Source of the DNA: a virus
Taxonomy: Duplodnaviria; Caudoviricetes
DNA: 64,000 bases
Strand: one strand, 5' to 3'
IMG/VR virus record: IMGVR_UViG_2547132519_000001
Location: 32,001 to 96,000 of that record
The translations under genes were made by a program, and so were the position numbers. The notes under the pieces are model-generated. The model made no database searches, was not told the DNA's origin, and saw only the letters and a list, made by a program, of their open reading frames with translations. Below are positions 48,597 through 59,014 of the stretch, piece after piece. The stretch's first letter is position 1; each line of letters begins with the position of its first letter.

Positions 48597-49352
48597 ATGT
48601 TGGATTTAATTGACGATATAGAAACTGCGTTGTTAAGTGACAACTTGCGATGTGCGCTAGGAATGGCTCTAACTTTGCCAGATATTTGTGGTCAAATAGA
48701 ATTTCCTACTCAAAAAGATGTTGGGAAAAGATATACTGGTTGGTGTGAAAAATACTTATTTAATCAAGGCTGTCACTCTCATATTCCTTTTACTGAAAAT
48801 ATTCCAGATAGTGAACAAAGAGTTATTAGCCCAGAAATTTGTTATAAATTACGATGTGCTTATTTACATTCAGGCAACTTAGAGCTTAATCAGAGAAAAG
48901 GGGATAGCTTTATTGAGTTTAGGCTTATAATATCTCATCCGCAAGATGAGGGGATTTACGTTGAGACTGTCGTTAAAGATCAATATATGACAATAGATAT
49001 TCGACATTTAACAAGAGTAATTTGTGACACTGCAAAAGAATATTATAGTAATCATAATTCAAAAGAAGATTTTCAATCAAAACATATTCGTATAATAGAT
49101 GTTACAAGAGAGTCGGAGAAGGTGAGTGCCTTTCTTGAGCGTAAAAATGAAATAGACGATAGGGAAAATGCTTTACTTGATTATAATCAATTATCTAAAG
49201 GAGCAAAAAAATTACTTGAAGATATACAAAGTGGACGCAACAATGTAAGTTCATTGACTAAAGCAGGTAGAGAAATTACTCAAGAAGAAACTGATTTAAT
49301 GATCCAGTACTATGAATTAATAAAAGGAGGGTTTTTAATCTTTAAGTCCTAA
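48597..49352 (+). CDS. HEPN-like protein
   Basis: ALTLPDICG and RCAYLH (RxxxxH) motifs; GGAGG SD. Confidence 0.6.
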   Translation: MLDLIDDIETALLSDNLRCALGMALTLPDICGQIEFPTQKDVGKRYTGWCEKYLFNQGCHSHIPFTENIPDSEQRVISPEICYKLRCAYLHSGNLELNQRKGDSFIEFRLIISHPQDEGIYVETVVKDQYMTIDIRHLTRVICDTAKEYYSNHNSKEDFQSKHIRIIDVTRESEKVSAFLERKNEIDDRENALLDYNQLSKGAKKLLEDIQSGRNNVSSLTKAGREITQEETDLMIQYYELIKGGFLIFKS

Positions 49353-49380
49353 TAGATTGTATAATAATGGAGGAAATACT

Positions 49381-50028
49381 ATGGATGTGGAATCTGTCAA
49401 ACAGGAAATTGCAGACCTAGTTGCTACTAAGGAATCTTTGATTGCTGATTTAGACACGCAAAAAAATACCTTGATTAATATTTTAAAGCCATTTATAAGC
49501 ACTGAATTGCAGAAAATTATAGAGGAAGAAGTTAAGAAGAATCCCAGCCACACTAAATCATTGGGAATAGAAAAATTAAGTGACATGAAAAAAAGATTAA
49601 ATAATTTATTGGTTTCTTCCGACTCATTAGTTAATAAAACATTTTCAGATAATCAGTTTTGGATTCATGTAAACTATAAAATTATCGAAGAAAGAGATAG
49701 TTTTGGTCAAAGATATAACAATAAAAAGACAGCAACTAATAAAATTATAGAAGGCATAAAGATTGTCTTTGGAAAAGCAGGAGAGATACTTGTAGATTAT
49801 GGTTATGATAAGACTGGTTCGGATCGCACTTCTAGGTGGCAAACATCAGTTAATTCAGAAATAGTTTTTGGATCAAATCACGGCTTTTATATACCTGAAC
49901 ATATAGATCATGAAATAAAAAAATATTCTGAGAGTATATCGCCTTTACATGACACTATTGATAAATTAAATAAATTGGATAAAAAATTTAATCAGCAAGA
50001 AGCATTAGATTTATGGGAACAAGCCTAA
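49381..50028 (+). CDS. Hypothetical coiled-coil protein
   Basis: GGAGG SD before MDVES. Confidence 0.65.
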   Translation: MDVESVKQEIADLVATKESLIADLDTQKNTLINILKPFISTELQKIIEEEVKKNPSHTKSLGIEKLSDMKKRLNNLLVSSDSLVNKTFSDNQFWIHVNYKIIEERDSFGQRYNNKKTATNKIIEGIKIVFGKAGEILVDYGYDKTGSDRTSRWQTSVNSEIVFGSNHGFYIPEHIDHEIKKYSESISPLHDTIDKLNKLDKKFNQQEALDLWEQA

Positions 50029-50066
50029 AAATAAAAGAACTGTTTCAATGTAAAAAAGGCGATAGG

Positions 50067-50342
50067 TTATTTACTATCGTCTTTTTTTATCTCGTCATGA
50101 TATTGGCTTAGCTTATTATAATAGGCAAACAATCGTTTAAGCGTTGGGTCGTCTGGAACAATAATTTCATTTGGGGTACATTCCAGTTCTTTGCACAATG
50201 CCTCCAATGTCTCTAATTTTATACTTGTAGAATCTCCATTGTAAATTGCAGTTATTGTAGGGTATGTGACTCCGATCCGCTTCGCAAGTTCATATCTGGT
50301 CATCCCTTTTTCGGCGAGTTTCTCTTTAATATGCAGTCGCAT
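50067..50342 (-). CDS. Xre/Cro-CI family repressor
   Basis: RYELAKRIGVTYPTITAIYNG HTH. Confidence 0.9.
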   Translation of the reverse strand: MRLHIKEKLAEKGMTRYELAKRIGVTYPTITAIYNGDSTSIKLETLEALCKELECTPNEIIVPDDPTLKRLFAYYNKLSQYHDEIKKDDSK

Positions 50343-50419
50343 TATATACACCTCACTTTATATATAATATAGCATATATAGATAAGAAAATAAATATAAA
50401 ATATATTTACTATATATAA

Positions 50420-50448
50420 TTGACTTTATATAAAATATATTATATAAT
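50420..50448 (+). promoter_or_regulatory. Sigma-A promoter for the mazF-like operon
   Basis: TTGACT-17-TATAAT within an AT-rich stretch of TATATA repeats. Confidence 0.7.
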
Positions 50449-50496
50449 GTGTATCATAGAAATTGGAAATTTAAGGAAAGGAGAATGCGGATTACT

Positions 50497-50853
50497 ATGA
50501 CACAAGATTTAAAACGATACGATGTTGTACTTGTGGATTTTGGAAAAGAAACAATTGGTTCAGAGCAGGGGGGAGTTAGACCAGCGGTTATTATTCAAAA
50601 TGACATGGGCAATCTACATAGCGGTACCACCATTGTCTTTCCATTTACTACTCAACTCAAACGCCTCAATCAACCGACGCATACTCTTATTGCTAAAGGA
50701 AAGCATAAAGGGTTGGTTGAGGATTCTATGGTATTAGGTGAGGCTATTAGACAGATAGATCAGAAAAGAATACAAGAATACCTTGGCACAATAACCGACA
50801 TTAATGAAAGGAACGAAATTAAGCGTGTGTATGCCGCAAATTTCGGAGAATAG
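50497..50853 (+). CDS. mazF: PemK/MazF-family endoribonuclease
   Basis: GSEQGGVRPAVIIQND signature. Confidence 0.9.
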   Translation: MTQDLKRYDVVLVDFGKETIGSEQGGVRPAVIIQNDMGNLHSGTTIVFPFTTQLKRLNQPTHTLIAKGKHKGLVEDSMVLGEAIRQIDQKRIQEYLGTITDINERNEIKRVYAANFGE

Positions 50854-50861
50854 GTGGTTAA

Positions 50862-51143
50862 ATGCATTATGTTGAAATGACCATAGAAGAAGCTAATGAA
50901 TACTATAAAGGGACAAAAGGGAAAACGGTATTAGTAGCTGTACAGGATTTAGAAAAAGATGATGTAGTAGAATTTACAAAACGAAATAAAGATGAATGTG
51001 TGAATATCATAAATGAAGCTGAAACAATTGCAAGAGTATATGATGATTTTATTAATCAATTGAGAGTTTTCACTGAAAAGCAATCAGATATAAGGAATAT
51101 TGTACCACGAGGAAAATTGAGTACAATATTGTTAAAAGAATAA
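50862..51143 (+). CDS. Hypothetical protein
   Basis: ORF track, AGGTGG SD. Confidence 0.65.
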   Translation: MHYVEMTIEEANEYYKGTKGKTVLVAVQDLEKDDVVEFTKRNKDECVNIINEAETIARVYDDFINQLRVFTEKQSDIRNIVPRGKLSTILLKE

Positions 51144-51156
51144 TTTAGGTAAAAAA

Positions 51157-51217
51157 CAAATATATGTTCGAAAAAAGTCAACTTTTACTTGACTAGCACA
51201 TATGTTCGATGTATAAT
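51157..51217 (+). promoter_or_regulatory. Sigma-A promoter overlapped by LexA(DinR)-like boxes
   Basis: TTGACT(51189)-17-TATAAT(51212); AGCAC-ATAT-GTTCG at 51195 and CAAAT-ATAT-GTTCG at 51157 versus consensus CGAAC-N4-GTTCG. Confidence 0.65.
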
Positions 51218-51487
51218 CAAAACAGTTTAGATGGCAGTTATTTCCTGACATAAAAATTGCAGCCTATTAAGGATCATAGGTGTTGGCGCACCTCCTCTAA
51301 ACAGGCTGCAATTTACATAATTAAACACAATACATAAATTCATTTTTGGCGAAATGAATTTAAGAGATATAGCAGAAAGCTATACTTGATTTTATTTTAC
51401 ATAATTTATTAGTAATAGTCAAGTATTTTCATATAATCAGCGTTTCTGCTAAATGTATCCAATTAGAAAAAGAGAATTATATATTAT

Positions 51488-51559
51488 ACCTCATTAGCCA
51501 AGTGGTAAGGCACAGGATTTTGACTCCTGGACTCACTGGTTCGATGCCAGTATGAGGTG
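51488..51559 (+). tRNA. tRNA-Gln(TTG)
   Basis: Acceptor ACCTCAT/ATGAGGT, D arm GCCAAGTGGTAAGGC, anticodon arm CAGGA-TTTTGAC-TCCTG, T arm ACTGG-TTCGATG-CCAGT. Confidence 0.85.
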
Positions 51560-51632
51560 GTATTTTGGTCGGCAAAAAATGCAAGACCTTAGTTAAAGTC
51601 GCTCATCAACAGAAATATAGGGAGGATTTTAA

Positions 51633-53675
51633 GTGGAAGAAGAGCAAAAACAGCAAATTTTAGAAACGTATGCTTCCAATGATATGGCAAAGCTACGTAA
51701 GATATCGTATCCATTATTTATAAAATTTGGAGGAATATCTGAAAAGGATCACGATGATTTTTATAGTAAAGCCAACATGGAATTGTGGAAGGCAACTGAA
51801 GTCTTTGATGAAGAAAATGGAGTACCTTTTGAGGCATATCTATTAGGATGTCTTAAAAGAAAGTTTATGACGGAAATGACGGGCTTAAATAGAGAAAAAC
51901 GTAAAGCAGACAGGATAGCTTCATCTCTAGATACTCCTATAGGGGAGGAAGGAATAACTTTAGGGGATCTATTAGCATCTGATTTTGATTTAGAATTATC
52001 CACTATTGACAAAATGGAACTCTCAACCTCCGAAAACACAAATAAATATCTGGAATTACTCACAACAAGACAAAGGCAAATTGCAGAAATGATAATGGAG
52101 GGTTATAAACCACTAGAAATCAAAGAAAAATTGGGACTTACAGAGAATCAATACATAAGTAATTTAAAAGATATGAAGACATTTGAAAAGGCTACAATAT
52201 TAAAACAAAATAATTTTGTTCAAATCGAGGAGGAAATATCAATGAACGATAGCTTCACACAGACACTAGAGAAAAGTAAATCAAACCGGCTGAGCATATC
52301 ATCTATTATGAAGAAAATAGATAATCGCACAATCAGATTTGATCATCCTCTTCAAAGAGCATCTGAGCAATGGAGTCCAGCCATGAAGGGAAATTTAATA
52401 TCAGATATTTTGCAAGGAAATCCAATACCTCCCCTCGTTTTTGCAGAACAGATTATCAATGGTTTGGCAATGATTTGGGATTTAGATGGTAAACAGCGGT
52501 GCACAAATGCTCATTCGTTTATTAATGGTAATTATAAAATCTCCAAGAACATCAGGCGGTGGAATATAATTTACCAAGCTCAAATCGTAAATGATGGTAG
52601 ACCGGTGCTAGATGAGAGTGGCTTTCCTACGAGTGAAAAGAGAGAATTTGATATAAGGGGTAAACGGTTTACTGACTTACCGGAAGAATTGCAGGACAAG
52701 TTTAATGAATATAACTTTGAAATTGTGCAGTATTTAAACTGTTCAAGTGAGGATATTGCTTATCATATCGCGCGCTATAACGAAGGCAAGCCCATGTCGG
52801 CTTCTCAGAAGGGTATCACAAGGCTTGGTGAAGAGTTTGCTTCCATAGTAAAGAGTATATCAGGTATGCCGTTCTTTAAAGATCTTGGTGGATATAAGGT
52901 TTCAGAAGGTAATAACGGAACTGTAAATCGTGTGGTTATTGAATCTGTAATGGCAGCTAATTTCTTAGAAGATTGGAAAAAGAAGCAGGAAGATATGTGT
53001 GAGTATATGAAGGAAAATGCTACCACTGAATGCTTTGAAGATTTTGAAGATATGGTCGGTAGAATAACAAATGTTGGAACTGAAGATGTTTTCAATATGT
53101 TTGACTCCAAGGATTCCTTTATCTATTTTGGATTATTCGCACGATTTGTAAATTCTGGATTAAATGACGAGAAGTTTATAGAATTTATGGCTGAGTTCTC
53201 TCAGTCCTTACATAGCAAAGAAGTTGATGGCGTGACCTTTGATGATCTTAATGGTAAATCCACTAAAGATAAGAATGTTGTCATTAGTAAGATTAATCAT
53301 TTGGAAAAGTTAATGAATGATTATTTGCATATAGAAGCAAAAGATATCAATACTACTGTTGAAGCTTTGTCAGTAATCGATTTTGTTAGAGATAACATAA
53401 ACTCCGAAGTATTAGAAGAAGATATAGATGATTATTACGATATGCTAGACAGCTACAAGCTGGACAAGAAGTCTGCATTGCTAAGTTGGAAAAATGAGCC
53501 TTCTCTTATTGCTATAATAGCCTATTCTTGTGTAAACGATGTCAATTTAGATGATTGGATTATTGAGTACTTTAAGAAAAATGAGACATTTATGTCAGAC
53601 CAGAAACAGAATTACTTACATATGTTAACTGATTATGAAGAATTCACACAGTTAATGAACAGCCATGCAGTCTAA
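51633..53675 (+). CDS. Sigma-70-like domain fused to a DUF262 (ParB/Srx-like) domain
   Basis: N-terminal LWKATEVFD...FEAY (region 2) and LTTRQRQIA...EIKEKLGL (region 4); C-terminal LQR...W and DGKQR. Confidence 0.7.
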   Translation: MEEEQKQQILETYASNDMAKLRKISYPLFIKFGGISEKDHDDFYSKANMELWKATEVFDEENGVPFEAYLLGCLKRKFMTEMTGLNREKRKADRIASSLDTPIGEEGITLGDLLASDFDLELSTIDKMELSTSENTNKYLELLTTRQRQIAEMIMEGYKPLEIKEKLGLTENQYISNLKDMKTFEKATILKQNNFVQIEEEISMNDSFTQTLEKSKSNRLSISSIMKKIDNRTIRFDHPLQRASEQWSPAMKGNLISDILQGNPIPPLVFAEQIINGLAMIWDLDGKQRCTNAHSFINGNYKISKNIRRWNIIYQAQIVNDGRPVLDESGFPTSEKREFDIRGKRFTDLPEELQDKFNEYNFEIVQYLNCSSEDIAYHIARYNEGKPMSASQKGITRLGEEFASIVKSISGMPFFKDLGGYKVSEGNNGTVNRVVIESVMAANFLEDWKKKQEDMCEYMKENATTECFEDFEDMVGRITNVGTEDVFNMFDSKDSFIYFGLFARFVNSGLNDEKFIEFMAEFSQSLHSKEVDGVTFDDLNGKSTKDKNVVISKINHLEKLMNDYLHIEAKDINTTVEALSVIDFVRDNINSEVLEEDIDDYYDMLDSYKLDKKSALLSWKNEPSLIAIIAYSCVNDVNLDDWIIEYFKKNETFMSDQKQNYLHMLTDYEEFTQLMNSHAV

Positions 53676-53716
53676 TAATTACATATAAGAAACGGAATTT
53701 TGTTGGAGGGTAAAAG

Positions 53717-54064
53717 ATGGCAGAGTTACAAGTAGAAGATATCAAGAACAGAGAAATAGTTTATGGTTGTGCATTTAATATTGATTTTGATAGGCATAGT
53801 TGGTATGGAGGACAGGTAGTACATAACATATGCAAACCTGTCAAAGGTATGGTTAAAAAACCTGAATATATCTCTTCATATGGACGATTTTATCTTTTAA
53901 AAAGAGATGGGACGACTAGGCGGTCTGGGGTGGTTTCTACCGAATCAAGACATTTTGCGAGAACTTATGAAGAGAGCGTAGAGATTTACAACCAGCTCAT
54001 CAGAGTTAAAATGGAAAAATTAAGAAAAATAGCAGATGAACTTGAAAATGAATTGTTGAAATGA
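53717..54064 (+). CDS. Hypothetical protein
   Basis: ORF track, GGAGG SD. Confidence 0.65.
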   Translation: MAELQVEDIKNREIVYGCAFNIDFDRHSWYGGQVVHNICKPVKGMVKKPEYISSYGRFYLLKRDGTTRRSGVVSTESRHFARTYEESVEIYNQLIRVKMEKLRKIADELENELLK

Positions 54065-54095
54065 ATCTTACATGATAAATAAGAAGGAGGTAGTT

Positions 54096-54650
54096 GTGGA
54101 TTTACAAGTATTATATAAAGAGTGTGTTAATTTATTATCTTCAATAGGATATGAAACAAATGTATCAAGTATAACTTTTAACAATAGATTGAGCAGTACA
54201 TATGGATTATATTATGAAGATGATTTTAGTATTGAAATAAACGAGAAGGTGTTTAACTTAGCCAGTAAAGACCAAAACATAACCACTATAATACATGAGT
54301 TGTCCCATAACATAGATCATATGTTGAATGGGAGCATTGATAGGTATTTAGAGGGACATGGAGAGAATTGGATGAAAATCGCTAATGACATATCAGACAA
54401 ACTTGGGCTTCAAATTCAAAGATACACTCCATTTACAATTCCAATCCATTACGATAAAAAATACCACCATACATATAAATGCAATAATTGTGAAGCAGAA
54501 AAAATGGTCATGTCTAAATTTAAAGATGAAAGCAAAGTGAGAAGTGGTAGATGTAAATATTGTAATTCAGATATAAAGTATCTTTTTAATGGACAGTATG
54601 CTATCAGTATGAAAAATGGAGAAAGAACTATACAGCTAGATAATTATTAA
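54096..54650 (+). CDS. SprT-like zinc metalloprotease
   Basis: HELSH, HG..W, C-terminal CxxC..CxxC. Confidence 0.8.
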   Translation: MDLQVLYKECVNLLSSIGYETNVSSITFNNRLSSTYGLYYEDDFSIEINEKVFNLASKDQNITTIIHELSHNIDHMLNGSIDRYLEGHGENWMKIANDISDKLGLQIQRYTPFTIPIHYDKKYHHTYKCNNCEAEKMVMSKFKDESKVRSGRCKYCNSDIKYLFNGQYAISMKNGERTIQLDNY

Positions 54651-54683
54651 AATGGTTCATTCATTTGAGTATAAGGAGGAGAG

Positions 54684-55319
54684 ATGGATAAATATTTAAG
54701 TATTATTACAAATTTTGGTTGTCATGGTAGATGCCCATATTGTGTCGTCAGAGAGAATGGGATTAAAGTTCCAGAAACGACATTATTTGGACTTGGCAAT
54801 TTAAAAAGTGCCATTGAAGAAACGGGAGCAAATATTATATCTGTTTCCGGAGGTGGAGATCCATTACATAAGTACAAGGAACATAAATATTGGTACACAG
54901 AATTGTTTGCTATGCTGAACAACATGAATGTGCCACTTGAGATGCACACTAGCTATTTAGAATCTAAGTTCCCATATGAGAAATGTAGAAGAGTGGTTTA
55001 TCATTTACTGACACTCGATCAGTTAGATGAAGTCACTAAACTGGAAAAAGAGATTGTTAGGGTAGTCTATGTTATTGAAACATGGATGACTAAATCAGAT
55101 ATTGAGTACATTTACAACTACGTGCAAAGGAGTCGTGATATTGATGAACTGAGTTTTAGACAGCTTGTGAATGGAAACTTTGAAGAAGAATTTCATATGC
55201 ACGATTATCTTAAACGGTATCACGGTATGAAATGGCATTACATAGAACAATGTGATTACAATGATTATTACGTTGAGGGGAAGCTATATAAGCGGTTTTC
55301 AGATATAGGTAAGGAATGA
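54684..55319 (+). CDS. Radical SAM protein
   Basis: CHGRCPYC (CxxxCxxC), SGGGDPL. Confidence 0.85.
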   Translation: MDKYLSIITNFGCHGRCPYCVVRENGIKVPETTLFGLGNLKSAIEETGANIISVSGGGDPLHKYKEHKYWYTELFAMLNNMNVPLEMHTSYLESKFPYEKCRRVVYHLLTLDQLDEVTKLEKEIVRVVYVIETWMTKSDIEYIYNYVQRSRDIDELSFRQLVNGNFEEEFHMHDYLKRYHGMKWHYIEQCDYNDYYVEGKLYKRFSDIGKE

Positions 55320-55404
55320 GTCAATAGAGAAAAGGCGCATGTAATAAATGTAAACTAAAAAGCACGTAGAGCATTTAAAACAATAAGCAAAGGAGAGTGA
55401 TTAT

Positions 55405-55608
55405 ATGTTAGCAGTTATTGTGATTTTGGTAGGAGTAGCTTTAGAAATTGTGAAAGCAAATGCGTGGTTTATTGTACCTGATACGGCGATTTATATTGTT
55501 TTTGGAATAGGCGTGGCTCTTGCAATTGTCTCTATCGTTAGCAGTATTATTGCTAAAAAAAGATTTAATAGTACGTCTGAGAGAGTAAATCGCTTTATGA
55601 GAAAATGA
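55405..55608 (+). CDS. Small two-TM membrane protein
   Basis: Two hydrophobic helices. Confidence 0.65.
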   Translation: MLAVIVILVGVALEIVKANAWFIVPDTAIYIVFGIGVALAIVSIVSSIIAKKRFNSTSERVNRFMRK

Positions 55609-55656
55609 TATAAGTTTTCAAAGAAAAATTAAAATCATATGAAGGAGAATAAGATT

Positions 55657-57710
55657 ATGGAATTTATTAAATTTAAAGAGGATTACAAAAGAGATTTGCA
55701 GAGATAAGCAAGGATTCAATACATTTATTTGAGGTAAACGTGGATAAAGATGAATTATGGAACACGTATCTTGATAGTTTTCCGGTTGGAACAAACAAAA
55801 TTTTCAGAGAAAGAAGAGAATATGATTGCAGTTGCTGCCGTCAGTTTATCAAGAATATTGGTAATGCAGTCGTCATCAAAAATAATGAGGTTCAAACGAT
55901 TTGGGAATTAAATCTCGGAGATAAAACATATCAGCCAGTATGTGATGCTTTATCGAACCTTGTTAAATCGCATATGGTAAATGACGTCTATGTAAGCAAA
56001 TTTAAAAAGATTGGTACTGACTTCAACTATGAAGATATGAATGGTAAGACACATAAATGGGATCATTTCTTCTTGGAACTCCCGGACAAGTTCTATGACG
56101 GAAGTTCTAGGTCTGAAGGTGACATTAAAGGCGGATTTAGAGATACCAGAAACGTTTTTAAGCGTTCATTAGATGAAATCTCCATGGACTCTCTAGATAC
56201 AGTTTTAGAACTTATTGACTCTAATACGCTTTACAAGGGAGAAGAATGGAAAACTGCTTTGGTTGAATTCCGGAAATATAAAAAGGAATATGACAATCTG
56301 AGAACAGAAACAGAGAGAGAGTTATTTGCTTGGGAGAAGTCGGTAAAAGCGGGTATGGCAATAGGAAGAATTCGCAACCATAGTATTGGTACGCTTCTTT
56401 TAAATGTTAGTGAAGGAATGAATTTAGATTTGGCAGTTAAGAAATATGAGCAGATTGTAGCACCGTCGAATTATAAAAGACCAAAGGCTATTTTTACGAA
56501 GAAAATGCTTGAAGATGCGCAGAGGACTATTACAGAGCTTGGATATATGGAGTCTTTACAGAGAAGATTTGCAAACCTAGATGATATTACAGTAAATAAC
56601 ATTCTCTTTTCTAATAAAGATTCTGCAAAACGAATTGGCGGAGTTGATGATATTTTTGGAGATATGGCAAAAGATGTAGCTGTGAGTCCAAAGCGATTCT
56701 CAAGGGTTGAAGAAATTTCCGTGAAAGACTTTATTGATAGAGTTCTCCCAACCGCGAAAGAGATTGAAACTTTTGTAGAAAATAAACACGATAAAAACTT
56801 TGTGTCTTTAATCGCTCCAATTAACCCTGAAGGCAAGACAATGTTTAAGTGGAATAACGGAATGAGCTGGGCATATACAGGCAATATCACAGACAGCGAC
56901 ATGAAACAGAACGTGAAAGCGGCTGGAGGCAACGTAGATGGAGTTCTTAGATTTTCTATCCAATGGAATGAAGATGGAAGGGATAATTGTGATTTAGATG
57001 CTCACTGTTACGAACCGAATGGTAATGAAATTTATTATGGAAATGATAGAAAGCCGGGTATTTCTAGGCTAGGTGGTCAATTAGATGTAGATATCATAGA
57101 TCCAAATGGAAAAGTTGCAGTAGAGAACGTTACTTGGGGAGATAAAAATAGAATGCAACCAGGTACATATAGATTCTTTGTAAATCAATTTTCTGGTAGT
57201 GTAAGAAATGGGTTCCGTGCTGAGATTGAGTTTAATGGAGAAATTTACACATTTAATTATGACAGATCAATGAGAAGTGGCGAGAATGTGTCTGTTGCAG
57301 ACATTGTACTTAGTTCAAATGGAGAATTTACTATTAAAGAAAAATTAATTGGAAGTTCAACAATTTCAAGCAAAGTTATTTGGGGAATTAACACAAATCA
57401 GTTTGTTCCTGTTTCTGTTATCTGTTATAGTCCAAACTATTTTGATGAACAGGAGGGAATTGGTCATCGTCATCTATTCTTAATGTTGAAAGATTGTAAA
57501 AATGGCGAAGAACCCAATGGCTACTATAATGAGTTTCTAAAGAACGAACTTGCTGAGCACAAGAGAGTCTTTGAGGCTCTAGGTGCAAAGTGCCACGTAG
57601 AAGATATGGAGGATCAGCTTTCGGGTATCGGATTTAGCATGACAAAACGTGCAGAATTAGTTGTAAAAGTTAAAGGCGCAACTGAGAGAATCATGAAGAT
57701 TAAATTTTAA
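55657..57710 (+). CDS. Large phage protein (CSCC motif; C-terminal DLDAH domain), apparent frameshift near 55680
   Basis: SD and ATG at 55657 (MEFIKFKE) joins the 55740 ORF only through a -1 shift. Confidence 0.6.
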
Positions 57711-57729
57711 TAAAAAGGAGAATGTGATT

Positions 57730-58116
57730 ATGAGTAACGTAAATTTATTTGAGGTAGCAACAAAAAATAAGATGAGATTCCCATACAGAGGTAGTGTCTC
57801 GGTTGAAGATTTATGGGATCTTCCTTTAACAGCATTGGATTCTGTATTTAAAATCCTGAATGCACAGGTCAAGCAGTCAAAGGAAGAAAGTCTTCTAAGT
57901 ACAAAATCTAAAGAAGATGAAGTGTTAGAAAATCAGATAGAAATTGTAAAGTACATTGTTTCTGTAAAATTAACGGAAAAGGCAGCAAGAGAGGATGCAA
58001 TAGAGAAAAAGGAAAAGAAGCAAAAAATCATGCAGATTATGGATAATAAACAGGACGAAGCTTTACGGAATGCATCAATGGAAGATTTACAGAAGATGTT
58101 AAATGAATTAGGGTAA
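57730..58116 (+). CDS. Hypothetical coiled-coil protein
   Basis: RFPYRG...EDLWDL motif; AAGGAG SD. Confidence 0.7.
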   Translation: MSNVNLFEVATKNKMRFPYRGSVSVEDLWDLPLTALDSVFKILNAQVKQSKEESLLSTKSKEDEVLENQIEIVKYIVSVKLTEKAAREDAIEKKEKKQKIMQIMDNKQDEALRNASMEDLQKMLNELG

Positions 58117-58216
58117 TGTGATTTGGGGAGGTCAGACTCCCCAAGTTAATTTCAGAAGATGAAAGAGGGATTTTAAAGAGGAAATTTCATGTAAATTAGA
58201 ATTTTAAGGAGGAAAC

Positions 58217-58446
58217 ATGAAGCGGTCGGATTTGGAAAAATGTTTAGGTGAATTAGTAGAAGTGCATTTTTTTGATGGCGAAGTTATCCAAGGTTGTCTC
58301 AGAAAAACACATGATGAGATGTTTAAGAATGACGCAAATCTGTATATACCAATTAATAGGTATTTTGTTACTAAAATAAGAACTCTAAGGTATGCATAAG
58401 CTTTTTGTTTCGAACTTCACATGTTAAGAAGCTTAAAGTTGATTAG
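58217..58446 (+). pseudogene. Hypothetical protein with apparent frameshift near 58375
   Basis: Continues in the -1 frame as NSKVCISFLFRTSHVKKLKVD. Confidence 0.45.
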
Positions 58447-58464
58447 GATTTTACGGAGATAAAA

Positions 58465-58651
58465 TATGATAAGTAAAGATTATGTTATCTGTCCTTTTTG
58501 CAAGAAAGACCATAGTAAGAACAAAGCAATAGGGACAAGCGGATAAATAAATCACACTGGTAGTGAGCGTTCTATCACCTGTGAGAGATGCGGAAAAGAT
58601 TTTCGTTGTTCATGTGAAGTCCAGATAAAATATAAAACAAGTAAGAATTAA
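58465..58651 (+). CDS. Small zinc-ribbon protein
   Basis: MISKDYVICPFC...CERCGKDF; GGAG SD; boundaries approximate. Confidence 0.55.
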
Positions 58652-59014
58652 ACTGATATTTAATGGATTATATATGTTCTCTTAAATCTGAAAATTAATT
58701 ACAACGTAAAGAAAAATGTCCCCAAGGTTAATATGAGGACATTTTTCAATCAAAGGTTTAACAGCCAACAAAATACTTCATTAACAACCTATTGTTATTT
58801 CCGCATTGCCATCCTGACACCTTTGTATGATGTGTCTTTTGAACACAAGATTATTATGAGCATAATCTATAAAAATATTATGGTAATAACAGTAAAAGAA
58901 ATGGTAGATATTGCAACGTCGAGTTTGCTGTAAAAAGACCATTATTCTAACATATATGTTGGAGTAATTTCCTAATTATTGGTCAGACTAATCATAAAAA
59001 ACTTGGAGGTTATT

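Noticed and set aside
18774-51559. tRNA genes as prophage att sites
   Set aside because: Phage genes continue on both sides and no duplicated tRNA 3' end was seen in the window
34154-58947. Weak motif matches at 34154, 35622, 38099, 40335, 53687, 55605, 57693, 58437 and 58930
   Set aside because: Wrong spacing or too many mismatches; not distinguishable from AT-rich background by eye, so not counted
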